NCBI GenBank assembly: GCA_963790025.1
Contig: CAWBMP010000002.1
Span: 224,001 to 288,000 of the forward strand
DNA: 64,000 nucleotides
Direction of reading: 5' to 3'
Origin: Nitrospirota bacterium
Lineage (GTDB): Bacteria; Nitrospirota; Thermodesulfovibrionia; Thermodesulfovibrionales; Dissulfurispiraceae
Part shown: positions 19,588 through 28,109 of the stretch, piece by piece
Layout: every line of letters starts with the position of its first letter
How positions within the stretch are numbered: position 1 is the first letter of the stretch
The notes under the pieces: model-generated
The model's input: the letters and a program-made list of their open reading frames with translations, nothing else
What the model was told of the DNA's origin: nothing
Databases searched by the model: none
Program-made: the position numbers and the translations under genes

Positions 19588-19610
19588 ATGACGATAGGAG
19601 GAGCAAAGCA

Positions 19611-20627
19611 TTGATAGTCGTAATGAAAATAGGGGCAACGGAAGCCGAGTTGAAGCAGGTCTGCAAAAAGGCCGAAGAGCTGGATTTTACAACTCACGTG
19701 ATCTATGGCAAGGAGAGGAATGTTGTCGGACTTATCGGCATCTCCGGCGACAGGGAAGGGGTCAGCATCATCGAAGAATTGCCCGGGGTAGATAAAATCG
19801 TCCCGATTTCAAAGCCGTACAAGCTCGCCAGTCGTGAGGTGAAACAAGAGACCTCCGTAGTCGACGTAGAGGGAGTGAAGTTCGGCAGCGAAGACTTCAT
19901 CATCATCGCCGGCCCCTGTTCGGTCGAAAGAGAAGACCAGATTATCAGCGCTGCTATAAGAGTGAAGGAAGCAGGCGCCCGTATGCTTAGGGGCGGCGCC
20001 TTCAAGCCCAGGACCAGTCCGTACTCGTTTAAAGGTTTGGGCGAAGACGGGTTGAAGCTCCTTGCCAAGGCCCGCGAGGCGACAGGACTGCCCATTGTGA
20101 CCGAGGTTGTCGATCCCAAAGACGTCGAAGTCGTCGATAAATATGCAGACATGTTCCAGGTTGGGGCCCGCAATATTCAAAACTTTGCGCTCCTGACCCT
20201 GCTGGGGCAGACACAAAAGCCTGTCCTGCTCAAGAGAGGACCGGCAACGACTATTGACGAGTTTCTCATGGCTGCCGAGTATATCCTCTCCGAAGGCAAC
20301 CGTGGGCTGGTGCTGTGCGAAAGGGGCATCAGAACTTTCGAAACCGCCACCAGAAATACCCTCGACATAAGCTGTGTGCCGGTAGTCAAGGCCAAATCGC
20401 ACCTGCCCATAATCATCGATCCCAGCCACGCGGCCGGCCAGTCCCGCTACGTCCCGGCCCTGTGCAAGGCAGCTGTCGCGGTTGGGGCTGACGGGCTTAT
20501 TGTCGAAGTACATCCTGATCCTGAAAAAGCCCTCTGCGACGGCGCTCAGTCGCTGAACCCGTCACAGTTTACGATCTTGATGAAAGAGCTCAAAGGTATA
20601 GCCATGGCCGTGGGAAAACGGATTTAA
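19611..20627 (+). CDS. aroF: 3-deoxy-7-phosphoheptulonate (DAHP) synthase, type I-beta with N-terminal regulatory domain
   Basis: IAGPCSVE, LRGGAFKPRTSPYSF, QVGARN, LCERGIRTFE, DPSH, EVHPDP...CDGAQSL. Confidence 0.95.
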   Translation: MIVVMKIGATEAELKQVCKKAEELDFTTHVIYGKERNVVGLIGISGDREGVSIIEELPGVDKIVPISKPYKLASREVKQETSVVDVEGVKFGSEDFIIIAGPCSVEREDQIISAAIRVKEAGARMLRGGAFKPRTSPYSFKGLGEDGLKLLAKAREATGLPIVTEVVDPKDVEVVDKYADMFQVGARNIQNFALLTLLGQTQKPVLLKRGPATTIDEFLMAAEYILSEGNRGLVLCERGIRTFETATRNTLDISCVPVVKAKSHLPIIIDPSHAAGQSRYVPALCKAAVAVGADGLIVEVHPDPEKALCDGAQSLNPSQFTILMKELKGIAMAVGKRI

Positions 20628-20637
20628 AGGAGGGAGT

Positions 20638-21795
20638 ATGAGTAACAGTATTAGAGCAATAACATTATTCTTCATCCTCGTTTCTCTTGCCATCACATGC
20701 AGGACCTCTTGCGCAAAAGAGCCCTACAGGATTGGTGCAGTTGTGGCTGCCACAGGCAGTGCGTCCTTTTTAGGTGAGCCTGAGAGGAATACGATCATTA
20801 TGCTGCAGGACCAGGTCAATAAATCGGGCGGGATCAACGGCCATCCTTTAGAGGTGATTATCGAGGACTCGAAAAGCGATGAGACGCAGGCTGTCCTTTC
20901 GGCAAAGAAACTTCTGGAAAAAGATAATGTCCTGGCTATATTGGGGCCATCGACCACCGGCGAGACGATGGCAATTATTCCGATTATGACAAAGGCTCAA
21001 ATTCCCCTTATTTCGGTTGCATCCGGGGCAGTCATTGTCCAACCCGTAGAAGAGAGATACTGGATATTCAAGACACCCCAGAACGATTCCAGCATGATAG
21101 AAACGATATACAGCTATATGAAAAAGCATGGCATATCCAGGGTGGGAATGCTGACGGTAACAACAAGCTTTGGCGATTCGGCCAGAAAGGCTCTTCATGA
21201 ACTGGCCTCCAGATACGGCATCACCATTGTCGCTGACGAGCGTTACGGGCCAAAAGATGCCGATATGACAACACAGCTTGTGAAGATAAAGACCTCAGGG
21301 GCCCAAGCAGTAATCAACATGTCGATCGGTCCCTCACAGGTAATAGTAACAAAAAACTGGCACGCCCTTAAAATGGGTATGCCTCTCTTTCAGAGTCATG
21401 GTTGGGGTAACAAGAAAAATATTGAGTTATCGGGGAAGGCAGCGGAAGGGGTAATGTCCCCATCGGGAAGGCTTATAGTATGGCATAAACTTGCAGACAA
21501 AAATCCCCAGAAAGCGCTTCTCAAAAAATATGCCCAGGACTATGAGGCAAGATTCAAAACCGAACCTGCCATGTTTGGAGGGCATGCATATGATGCCTTT
21601 ATGATGGCAGTAGAGGCACTTAGGAAAGTGGGACCTGACAAGAATAAGATCAGAGATTATATTGAAACCAAAATCGTTAATTGGCCCGGGACTGGCGGGG
21701 TCTTCAAAATGTCTCCAAGGGACCATTGCGGATTGGATAAGGAATCTATGGATATGATCATAGTCAGGAACGGGGATTGGGAAATACTTAAATAA
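20638..21795 (+). CDS. Second Liv-type ABC substrate-binding protein
   Basis: Close paralogue of 8562..9719, sharing GGINGHPLE.IIEDSKSDETQAVLSAKKL and QPVEERYWIFKT. Confidence 0.9.
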   Translation: MSNSIRAITLFFILVSLAITCRTSCAKEPYRIGAVVAATGSASFLGEPERNTIIMLQDQVNKSGGINGHPLEVIIEDSKSDETQAVLSAKKLLEKDNVLAILGPSTTGETMAIIPIMTKAQIPLISVASGAVIVQPVEERYWIFKTPQNDSSMIETIYSYMKKHGISRVGMLTVTTSFGDSARKALHELASRYGITIVADERYGPKDADMTTQLVKIKTSGAQAVINMSIGPSQVIVTKNWHALKMGMPLFQSHGWGNKKNIELSGKAAEGVMSPSGRLIVWHKLADKNPQKALLKKYAQDYEARFKTEPAMFGGHAYDAFMMAVEALRKVGPDKNKIRDYIETKIVNWPGTGGVFKMSPRDHCGLDKESMDMIIVRNGDWEILK

Positions 21796-21810
21796 AGGCA
21801 AAAGGCGCCT

Positions 21811-23118
21811 TTAGTATGTCCTTGTGTCGAAGACTCTCCTGGTTTTCTTTTCGGTCCGGGGCAGGCTGCCGTAAGGCAGGATCTCAACCGTGCCGGACAC
21901 CATAAGTTGGTGCTTCAATTTTTTTGAGATTATTTCGGCGAGACCTTCGTCGGCGCTATGATGGATATTCACATCCCTTTCCACCTTCAGCGTCATGTAG
22001 TCCCTGCCGTCTGAACAGTGTTCGAGATGGACCTGGTACTCGCTTCCGACTCCCTTGACGCCCGAAAATACCTCGTCTATCTGCCCCGGGTAAACATTTA
22101 CGCCCCTGAAGATGAACATGTCATCAGACCTCCCAAGTATTTTGTCATGCCGCGGCAGGAGGCAGCCGCAGGGGCAGTCGTCCGGGACAAGCCTCGTCAG
22201 GTCCCTTGAACGGTAGCGGATGAGGGGGGAGCCTTCTTTGCAAAGAGTGGTAAAGACCATCTCACCGATCTCGCCCGGTCCGACGGGTTTCAAAGTCTCC
22301 GGGTTCAGGATTTCGAGGATGTAGAAGTCGGCCCAGTAATGGATGCCGTCATTGTATTTACAGCTCAGGCCGGTACCTGGGCCGTACAGCTCGGTCAGAC
22401 CGGTAATGTCGTAGACCTCTTCTATTTTGAGGAGTTCCTTTATCTTCTTTATCATGGCGCTGCTGGTCCGCTCGGCGCCGAGTATGATCTTTTTGAGATT
22501 GATCTTGTCCCGCAGGTTCCGGCGATGGACCTCCTCTGCCAACAGCAATGCCATGGAAGCTGTAGAACATACAACTGTAGTCTGCATATCGACCATAAAG
22601 GTACACTGCAGCTCCATATTGCCGGGACCTATAGGTATGGTAAGTGCCCCAAACTTCTCGCAGCCGAGCTGGAACCCGGCGCCTGCTGTCCACAACCCAT
22701 AGCCCACGCATATCTGCACCCTGTCTTCGCGGGTCACACCCGCCAATTCGTAACACCTCCCGAACATATATGCCCAATCGTCTATGTCCTTCTGCGTATA
22801 GGAGAGGATTTTCCTTTTACCGGTCGTTCCGGAAGAGGAATGCAACCTGACGATTTCGGTGAAATCAACCGCCCTCAGAGGAAACGGGTATTCGTTCCTC
22901 AGGTCTTCGGCTGTAGTGAAGGGCAACCTCTCAATGTCCTCAATCTGCTCAATATCTTCAGGCCTCACGCCTGCCGAATCAAGACGTCCCCTATAAAATT
23001 CCGAGCGGTGATAGGCGTGTGATACAGTCCATTGCAGGCCTTTCAACTGGTGCGTCTTTAAACCTTCCGGCATCCCTGCCCTGGGCGGGAACCTCTTGAG
23101 TGTAGATCCGTTATTCAT
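21811..23118 (-). CDS. paaK: Phenylacetate-CoA ligase family protein (paralogue 4)
   Basis: HSSSGTTGKRK, GLTELYGPG, RYRSRD, GRSDDMFIFRGVNVYP. Confidence 0.88.
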   Translation of the reverse strand: MNNGSTLKRFPPRAGMPEGLKTHQLKGLQWTVSHAYHRSEFYRGRLDSAGVRPEDIEQIEDIERLPFTTAEDLRNEYPFPLRAVDFTEIVRLHSSSGTTGKRKILSYTQKDIDDWAYMFGRCYELAGVTREDRVQICVGYGLWTAGAGFQLGCEKFGALTIPIGPGNMELQCTFMVDMQTTVVCSTASMALLLAEEVHRRNLRDKINLKKIILGAERTSSAMIKKIKELLKIEEVYDITGLTELYGPGTGLSCKYNDGIHYWADFYILEILNPETLKPVGPGEIGEMVFTTLCKEGSPLIRYRSRDLTRLVPDDCPCGCLLPRHDKILGRSDDMFIFRGVNVYPGQIDEVFSGVKGVGSEYQVHLEHCSDGRDYMTLKVERDVNIHHSADEGLAEIISKKLKHQLMVSGTVEILPYGSLPRTEKKTRRVFDTRTY

Positions 23119-23687
23119 ATATTCACCTTTTCGCCGCGAAGCACACCGAGGTCAAATGCCGACATGGATGCCTTCAGGAGTTTGTCACGGTCAGCAAGTT
23201 TTTGATGGAGTATTGCCCTGATATCTTCAGGGTCGCAGAAGGCTTGCTTGCCGGTCCTGCCGAGGGCCGAGAGTGCGAAGCCTATAAGAATGAGGTTCAC
23301 AGACCCCGGCTGATGAACTTCCTTTGCCAATGCGTCAGCATCTATACAGAGCACTTTCCCGTTCCCGGTCCCCTCGGGTCGTGAAAGTGCATTAACAACG
23401 ACAACCCCACTTGGATTAAGGTAAAAAAGATGGCTCCGCAGGTTTTCCTCTTTCAGCAGCAGGAGGACATCGGCCTTGGCCGGCCTGATCAGGGGGCTTG
23501 TAAATCCGCCAACTTTCAGGTGTGAAACAACGATACCTCCACGTTGAGCCATACCGTGGGTTTCTGCGGTCAAAACGGGATATCCCCTGTAAATGGCGGC
23601 CCCGGCCAGGACACGTGTGATGAACAAGATGCCTTGCCCGCCAACCCCACTAACTATGATCTGCTGTCGTTCAGAAGGGGCGTTCAC
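23115..23687 (-). CDS. iorB: Indolepyruvate:ferredoxin oxidoreductase beta subunit (second copy)
   Basis: GVGGQG and AETHGMAQRGG; GTG start at 23687 overlaps the iorA stop (GTGA coupling). Confidence 0.85.
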   Translation of the reverse strand: MNAPSERQQIIVSGVGGQGILFITRVLAGAAIYRGYPVLTAETHGMAQRGGIVVSHLKVGGFTSPLIRPAKADVLLLLKEENLRSHLFYLNPSGVVVVNALSRPEGTGNGKVLCIDADALAKEVHQPGSVNLILIGFALSALGRTGKQAFCDPEDIRAILHQKLADRDKLLKASMSAFDLGVLRGEKVNI

Positions 23688-25501
23688 TCCATCTCCACCT
23701 TTTTGATCGCCTTTCTGGGACAGACATGGATACATATCCCGCAGCCGCTGCACACGAGTTGATTGATCCTCGCCTGCTTGCCGCTTTCATCATATTCGAT
23801 GGCAGGGCATTCGAATTGTTTTATGCAATAAGAGCAGCCATCGCATGATGAAGATATGTCGACATCGATGCGCTCACTCTTCGCTTCTTTCGCCCGTTTA
23901 TCCACGAGGCATGGATGACGTGAAATCACCACTGCCAGGCCTTTGTCCTTTGCGTATCTGCGCGCCGACCTGAGGAGCCTTGTAAACGCTGACATATTGT
24001 AAGGATCTCCCACACGGCAGAACTTGACGCCGCAGCTCTTGACGATCCCCTCTATCGAAATCTTCACAAGCGGATTGCCGCAGGCGTCTATTCCCGTTGC
24101 GGGGGTAGGCTGATTACCGGTCATAGCGGTTGTGGAGTTGTCAAGCACCACCAGGACAAATCGTGCGTCCTGCACAACCGCGTCCATGAGCGCCGGGACC
24201 CCGGCATGGAAAAATGTGGCGTCACCGATAGTGGCTACAATATCCGTGTCCTTGCCGCCTAATCTGAATGCTTGATAAAAACCCGCTGCCTGGCTGATCG
24301 AGGCGCCCATGCAGAGCGCGGTGTCTATAGCACCCAGGTTCAGACCAAGTGTGTAACAGCCTATGTCACTCGTGTAAATGGCGCCGGGGACTGCCTTTTT
24401 GATCGCAAAGAAACTCGCACGGTGCGGGCATCCTGCGCAGAGGCTGGGTCGCCTGCCGCCCTCAGAGGTGCTCTTTAACTCAGTTTTTGCAACGGAGCAG
24501 AAAATCGATATGGTCCCTTCGATGATTTCCGGCAACAACTCACCGGACCCCGGAATGAAGCCGTTTAAACGGCCCCTTACCTTATTCCTGTCCGCTATCT
24601 GCATTTCCATAACAGGTGCGCTTTCTTCGATCACCAGAATATCTTCGTACCTGTCCAGGACATCTTTTATAAACCCGGAATGCAGAGGGAACGGCTGTAG
24701 GACCTGATAGACGGCAACCTTATTCAAGATACCAAGATCGGACATAATCTCCTGCACATGGGCAGCCGCAACGCCAGAGGTTACGATGGCCTTTGAAGAG
24801 ACAATGCCTGGATTTAGAAGACGCGGTTTGGTAAGATCGTGGGCAGCCAGCGCCGCCAGTTTTTCATTCAGCTTGGTGTGGAGTATGTAGCGATACCTTG
24901 GGGTTGCAGCCCATCTGGCAGGGTCTTTTTTAAAGGCCGCAGTACGATCAGTAAGCTTCACCTCTTCAAGCTCAATATCCTGCCCGCCATGGCAGACTCT
25001 TGTGGTCGGCCTTAGCATCACAGGCACCTCGAATTCCTCTGAAAGTTCATAGGCAAGACCCACAAACTCCTTTGCCTGCTCCGGTCCGGCAGGGTCCAGG
25101 ACAGGCACTTTGGCAAACATTGCCATCAATCGGCTGTCCTGTTCCGTCTGCGAGGAGTGCGGCCCCGGGTCGTCAGCACTGATGACAATGAAACCGCCCT
25201 TTGCGCCCATGTAGGCGGCACTCATAAGCGGGTCGGAAGCAACATTGAGACCCACCTGCTTCATACTTACTGCAGTGCGAAGCCCGGCGATGCTGCCGGC
25301 ATAGGCTATCTCAAACGCAATCTTTTCGTTTACAGCCCATTGGGCATGAATAGGCAAGGAGAGTTCAGCTTTCCATTTGACAATTGCCGGGAGGATCTCC
25401 GAGGCCGGGGTGCCCGGGTAGGAAAGGGCCATGGAACAGCCGTTTTCCACAAGTCCTCGAGCTATGGCCTCATTGCCGATCATTAGAATGCGATTATTCA
25501 C
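23684..25501 (-). CDS. iorA: Indolepyruvate:ferredoxin oxidoreductase alpha subunit (full length)
   Basis: GNEAIARG, SMKQVGLNVASDP, RPSLCAGCPHR, GDATFFH, and a C-terminal 2[4Fe-4S] domain (CDGCSYC...ECP, CSGCGICIHVCP). Confidence 0.92.
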   Translation of the reverse strand: MNNRILMIGNEAIARGLVENGCSMALSYPGTPASEILPAIVKWKAELSLPIHAQWAVNEKIAFEIAYAGSIAGLRTAVSMKQVGLNVASDPLMSAAYMGAKGGFIVISADDPGPHSSQTEQDSRLMAMFAKVPVLDPAGPEQAKEFVGLAYELSEEFEVPVMLRPTTRVCHGGQDIELEEVKLTDRTAAFKKDPARWAATPRYRYILHTKLNEKLAALAAHDLTKPRLLNPGIVSSKAIVTSGVAAAHVQEIMSDLGILNKVAVYQVLQPFPLHSGFIKDVLDRYEDILVIEESAPVMEMQIADRNKVRGRLNGFIPGSGELLPEIIEGTISIFCSVAKTELKSTSEGGRRPSLCAGCPHRASFFAIKKAVPGAIYTSDIGCYTLGLNLGAIDTALCMGASISQAAGFYQAFRLGGKDTDIVATIGDATFFHAGVPALMDAVVQDARFVLVVLDNSTTAMTGNQPTPATGIDACGNPLVKISIEGIVKSCGVKFCRVGDPYNMSAFTRLLRSARRYAKDKGLAVVISRHPCLVDKRAKEAKSERIDVDISSSCDGCSYCIKQFECPAIEYDESGKQARINQLVCSGCGICIHVCPRKAIKKVEME

Positions 25502-25717
25502 TGACTGTCTCTTCTCAGTTCAAAATTTTGACTACGATGCAATAAATATACTAAGTCTCACTGCAAAGGTATGTCAACCCAAAGCATCAGAGTGTAAGAG
25601 TAAAAACTCCAATGCACTACATTATAAGACTTTGTTTTACTTACTTACCTTTTGGCTTTGAAACTTTGATACTCTGACACTTTGATACTCCTTGAGCGCC
25701 TTGAATTACATATGCAG

Positions 25718-25799
25718 ATGATGTAACCTAAATTATTAGTCAGACCGGCCGATAAATAATGATACAACCTAAATTATTAGTCAGTCCGGCCTATAACTA
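25718..25799. repeat. 41-bp imperfect tandem duplication ending at the RBS of the envelope operon
   Basis: ATGATGTAACCTAAATTATTAGTCAGACCGGCCGATAAATA (25718-58) / ATGATACAACCTAAATTATTAGTCAGTCCGGCCTATAACTA (25759-99). Confidence 0.85.
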
Positions 25800-25815
25800 A
25801 GGAGGTTAATCGATC

Positions 25816-27033
25816 ATGAAAAAGAGGTTTTTGTTCTTTCTGCTCATATGTCTGTTCATAATTGCGCTTACATCGGGATGCGCAACTAAACAGGTTGCGA
25901 AATGCAACTCTCCCGAAGACAATCCCCAGCACCATTATCTCATGGGCATGGAGGCGCTGGAGAAAGGTGATCTTGATGCCGCCCAGGCCAAGTTTGATAG
26001 GGCCTTATACTGCGAAGATAATTTTTCTCCTGCTTACAGCGGACTGGCAATTGTGGCAGCCGGGAAGGCAAAAATCCAGCACGATGCCGGTTTTGGCAAG
26101 GTGGAAACTGACAGGGCGCTGGACTATCTAAAAAAGGCGGATAAGTTTTCAGAGACGCCGGAGGACAGGTTCGATTATCTGACCGCAACCATCAGAGTTT
26201 ATACGGCCATCAAGACAGAACAGTGGCTTAAAAAATCTACAGAAGCCTTTGACGACATAAAAGACCTTAAGGTCGATGAAAGAAAACTGACCTATTATCA
26301 GGGCACCGAGGCTGCTATCTACTTCATGGGTGCTGCCTATGTTAAAGCTCTCGAATTTCAGCAGGCACGGGACAAGTTTGCAGAGGTCCTGAATGCAAAG
26401 AAAGAGGGAAAATGGCATGAAAAGGCAGACAAGTTATGGAAGAAAACAGACAAGATCCTTCGTGCGATGGCGGGTATTACTGTTGGCAATATTGGCAGGA
26501 AAATAGCCATAAAAGATAGCATCACCCGAGGAGATCTTGCTGCCCTTCTTGTCGACGAGTTAAATATCGATCAACTCTCTGCCGGGCGCATTCCAGCGCA
26601 GTCCCAGACAGATAAAATCAAAGCCGAATTCATTCCTGCAGATGTCCTCAACTATCATTTCAAAGACGAAGTGCTTAACATTTTGAAATGGAAGATCAGG
26701 GGCCTCGAGCCGAAGTATGATGAAACAACCCAGGCATATCTCTTTAAACCGGCAGATAAGGTAAAGCGCGGTGAAATGGCCCTTATAATGGAAGATGTGC
26801 TGATCAAGCTCACAGGCAACGAGAAGCTTGCCACGGCTTATTTCGGACAGGAGAGGTCTCCGTTTCCTGATGTAAAACCGACTTCGGCTTTTTACAACGC
26901 AGTAATGAACATGACAACACGGAACATCATGGAAGGCGAACTCTCCGGTGAATTCAGGGTAGATGATCCTGTTGATGGGGCCGATGCGCTGCTTGCAATA
27001 AGGGTGTTAAAGACGAAAATGAATACGTATTAA
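25816..27033 (+). CDS. Lipoprotein with TPR-like helices and C-terminal S-layer homology (SLH) repeats
   Basis: Lipobox LTSGC; TPR-like HYLMG...A..F..AL; SLH-like FKPADKVKRGEMA and FPDVKPTSAFYNAV...IMEG...FRVDDPVDGADAL. Confidence 0.75.
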   Translation: MKKRFLFFLLICLFIIALTSGCATKQVAKCNSPEDNPQHHYLMGMEALEKGDLDAAQAKFDRALYCEDNFSPAYSGLAIVAAGKAKIQHDAGFGKVETDRALDYLKKADKFSETPEDRFDYLTATIRVYTAIKTEQWLKKSTEAFDDIKDLKVDERKLTYYQGTEAAIYFMGAAYVKALEFQQARDKFAEVLNAKKEGKWHEKADKLWKKTDKILRAMAGITVGNIGRKIAIKDSITRGDLAALLVDELNIDQLSAGRIPAQSQTDKIKAEFIPADVLNYHFKDEVLNILKWKIRGLEPKYDETTQAYLFKPADKVKRGEMALIMEDVLIKLTGNEKLATAYFGQERSPFPDVKPTSAFYNAVMNMTTRNIMEGELSGEFRVDDPVDGADALLAIRVLKTKMNTY

Positions 27034-27106
27034 AAACCGAGAGCTCAACACACAACTCATAGGTGGTTTGAGTGCTCGGCAGCACGATATTTGAAGGAGG
27101 GCTTTC

Positions 27107-28045
27107 ATGAAAAGAACGATAATTTTAACATTGCTTTTGCTTTTCTCAATTGCCGGCGTTGTTTTTGCGCAGCAAGATGACATGTCGTCTCAGCAAGAGA
27201 AGTCTGCCATTTACCAGAGATTCGAGGCCGCCAATAAATGGCTGAACCTGAACAATCTTTCAGTAACAAATACTCAGCAGCAGGCTTTTATCAACGACTA
27301 CGTCCTTGTCGCAGGAGAAGGACTCCCGTCTCCTGCTTCGCAATCACCTGCCCAGAGAAGACTGACCGCAATAAGGGCCGCAACAATTGTTGCGTACCGG
27401 CAGTTGGCAGAATTCCTGGACGGTTTTTCCGTCGTGGGTGACACAATGGTCAGAGACGCTGCACTTCAGTATGACGTGATAAGGTCCGCGGTCTCCGGAT
27501 TTGTAAAAGGTGCGCAGGTTGTTTATGAGGAATACAATGATCAGGAAGGAGTAGCAATTGTTCTTGTCAAAATAGGCATGACAGGGCCGCAGGGCTTTGG
27601 GGAAAGAATGTACGATAAGCTTTTGGGAAATGCTGATATCAAAAATGCTGTTGTTCATCCTTCGCAGATACCTGCGTATAAACATAAACCCGTGCCTCTG
27701 GATGAGAAATACGATGGTCTGGTCATTGACGCTACCGAACAGAATTTCAGGCCTGCCTTAATCAACAGAATATTTACGGTAAAAGGCGACATTATCTACG
27801 ACCCGTCGAAAGTAAGCCAGAAGGTGCTTGTTGAACAGGGATGCGGAGAGTACACAAACAGTGTCGATAAGGCTAAGGCTGCCCTCGCCTCGAGAGGGGT
27901 CAAGAACCCCTTGCTGGTAAAGGCAGTAGGCACTGTGTCTGCATCCGACCTCCAGGTCTCCGATGATGATGCGGTAACGATATACTCTGCAAACCAGAAA
28001 GGTGGCTTTTTCGCCGCTGCAAAGGTGGCTTTTGTTCTTAAATAA
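27107..28045 (+). CDS. Periplasmic protein with LPP20/FlgP-like domain
   Basis: Signal peptide; AIRAATIVAYRQLAEFLDG..V.G.TMVRD...VSGFVKGAQVV; C-terminal GLVIDA...PAL..RI domain. Confidence 0.65.
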   Translation: MKRTIILTLLLLFSIAGVVFAQQDDMSSQQEKSAIYQRFEAANKWLNLNNLSVTNTQQQAFINDYVLVAGEGLPSPASQSPAQRRLTAIRAATIVAYRQLAEFLDGFSVVGDTMVRDAALQYDVIRSAVSGFVKGAQVVYEEYNDQEGVAIVLVKIGMTGPQGFGERMYDKLLGNADIKNAVVHPSQIPAYKHKPVPLDEKYDGLVIDATEQNFRPALINRIFTVKGDIIYDPSKVSQKVLVEQGCGEYTNSVDKAKAALASRGVKNPLLVKAVGTVSASDLQVSDDDAVTIYSANQKGGFFAAAKVAFVLK

Positions 28046-28109
28046 ACAAAGGCGACGGGTTCCATACCCTATAACTTATAGCCTGCGTTATTGCAAGGAG
28101 ATTAAGGGA

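Noticed and set aside
25718..25799. CRISPR-like repeat
   Set aside because: Only two directly adjacent copies, no unique spacer and no cas genes.
27039..27080. Hairpin between the first two envelope-operon genes
   Set aside because: Imperfect stem with no U-tract; at most an mRNA-stability element, not called as a terminator or ncRNA.
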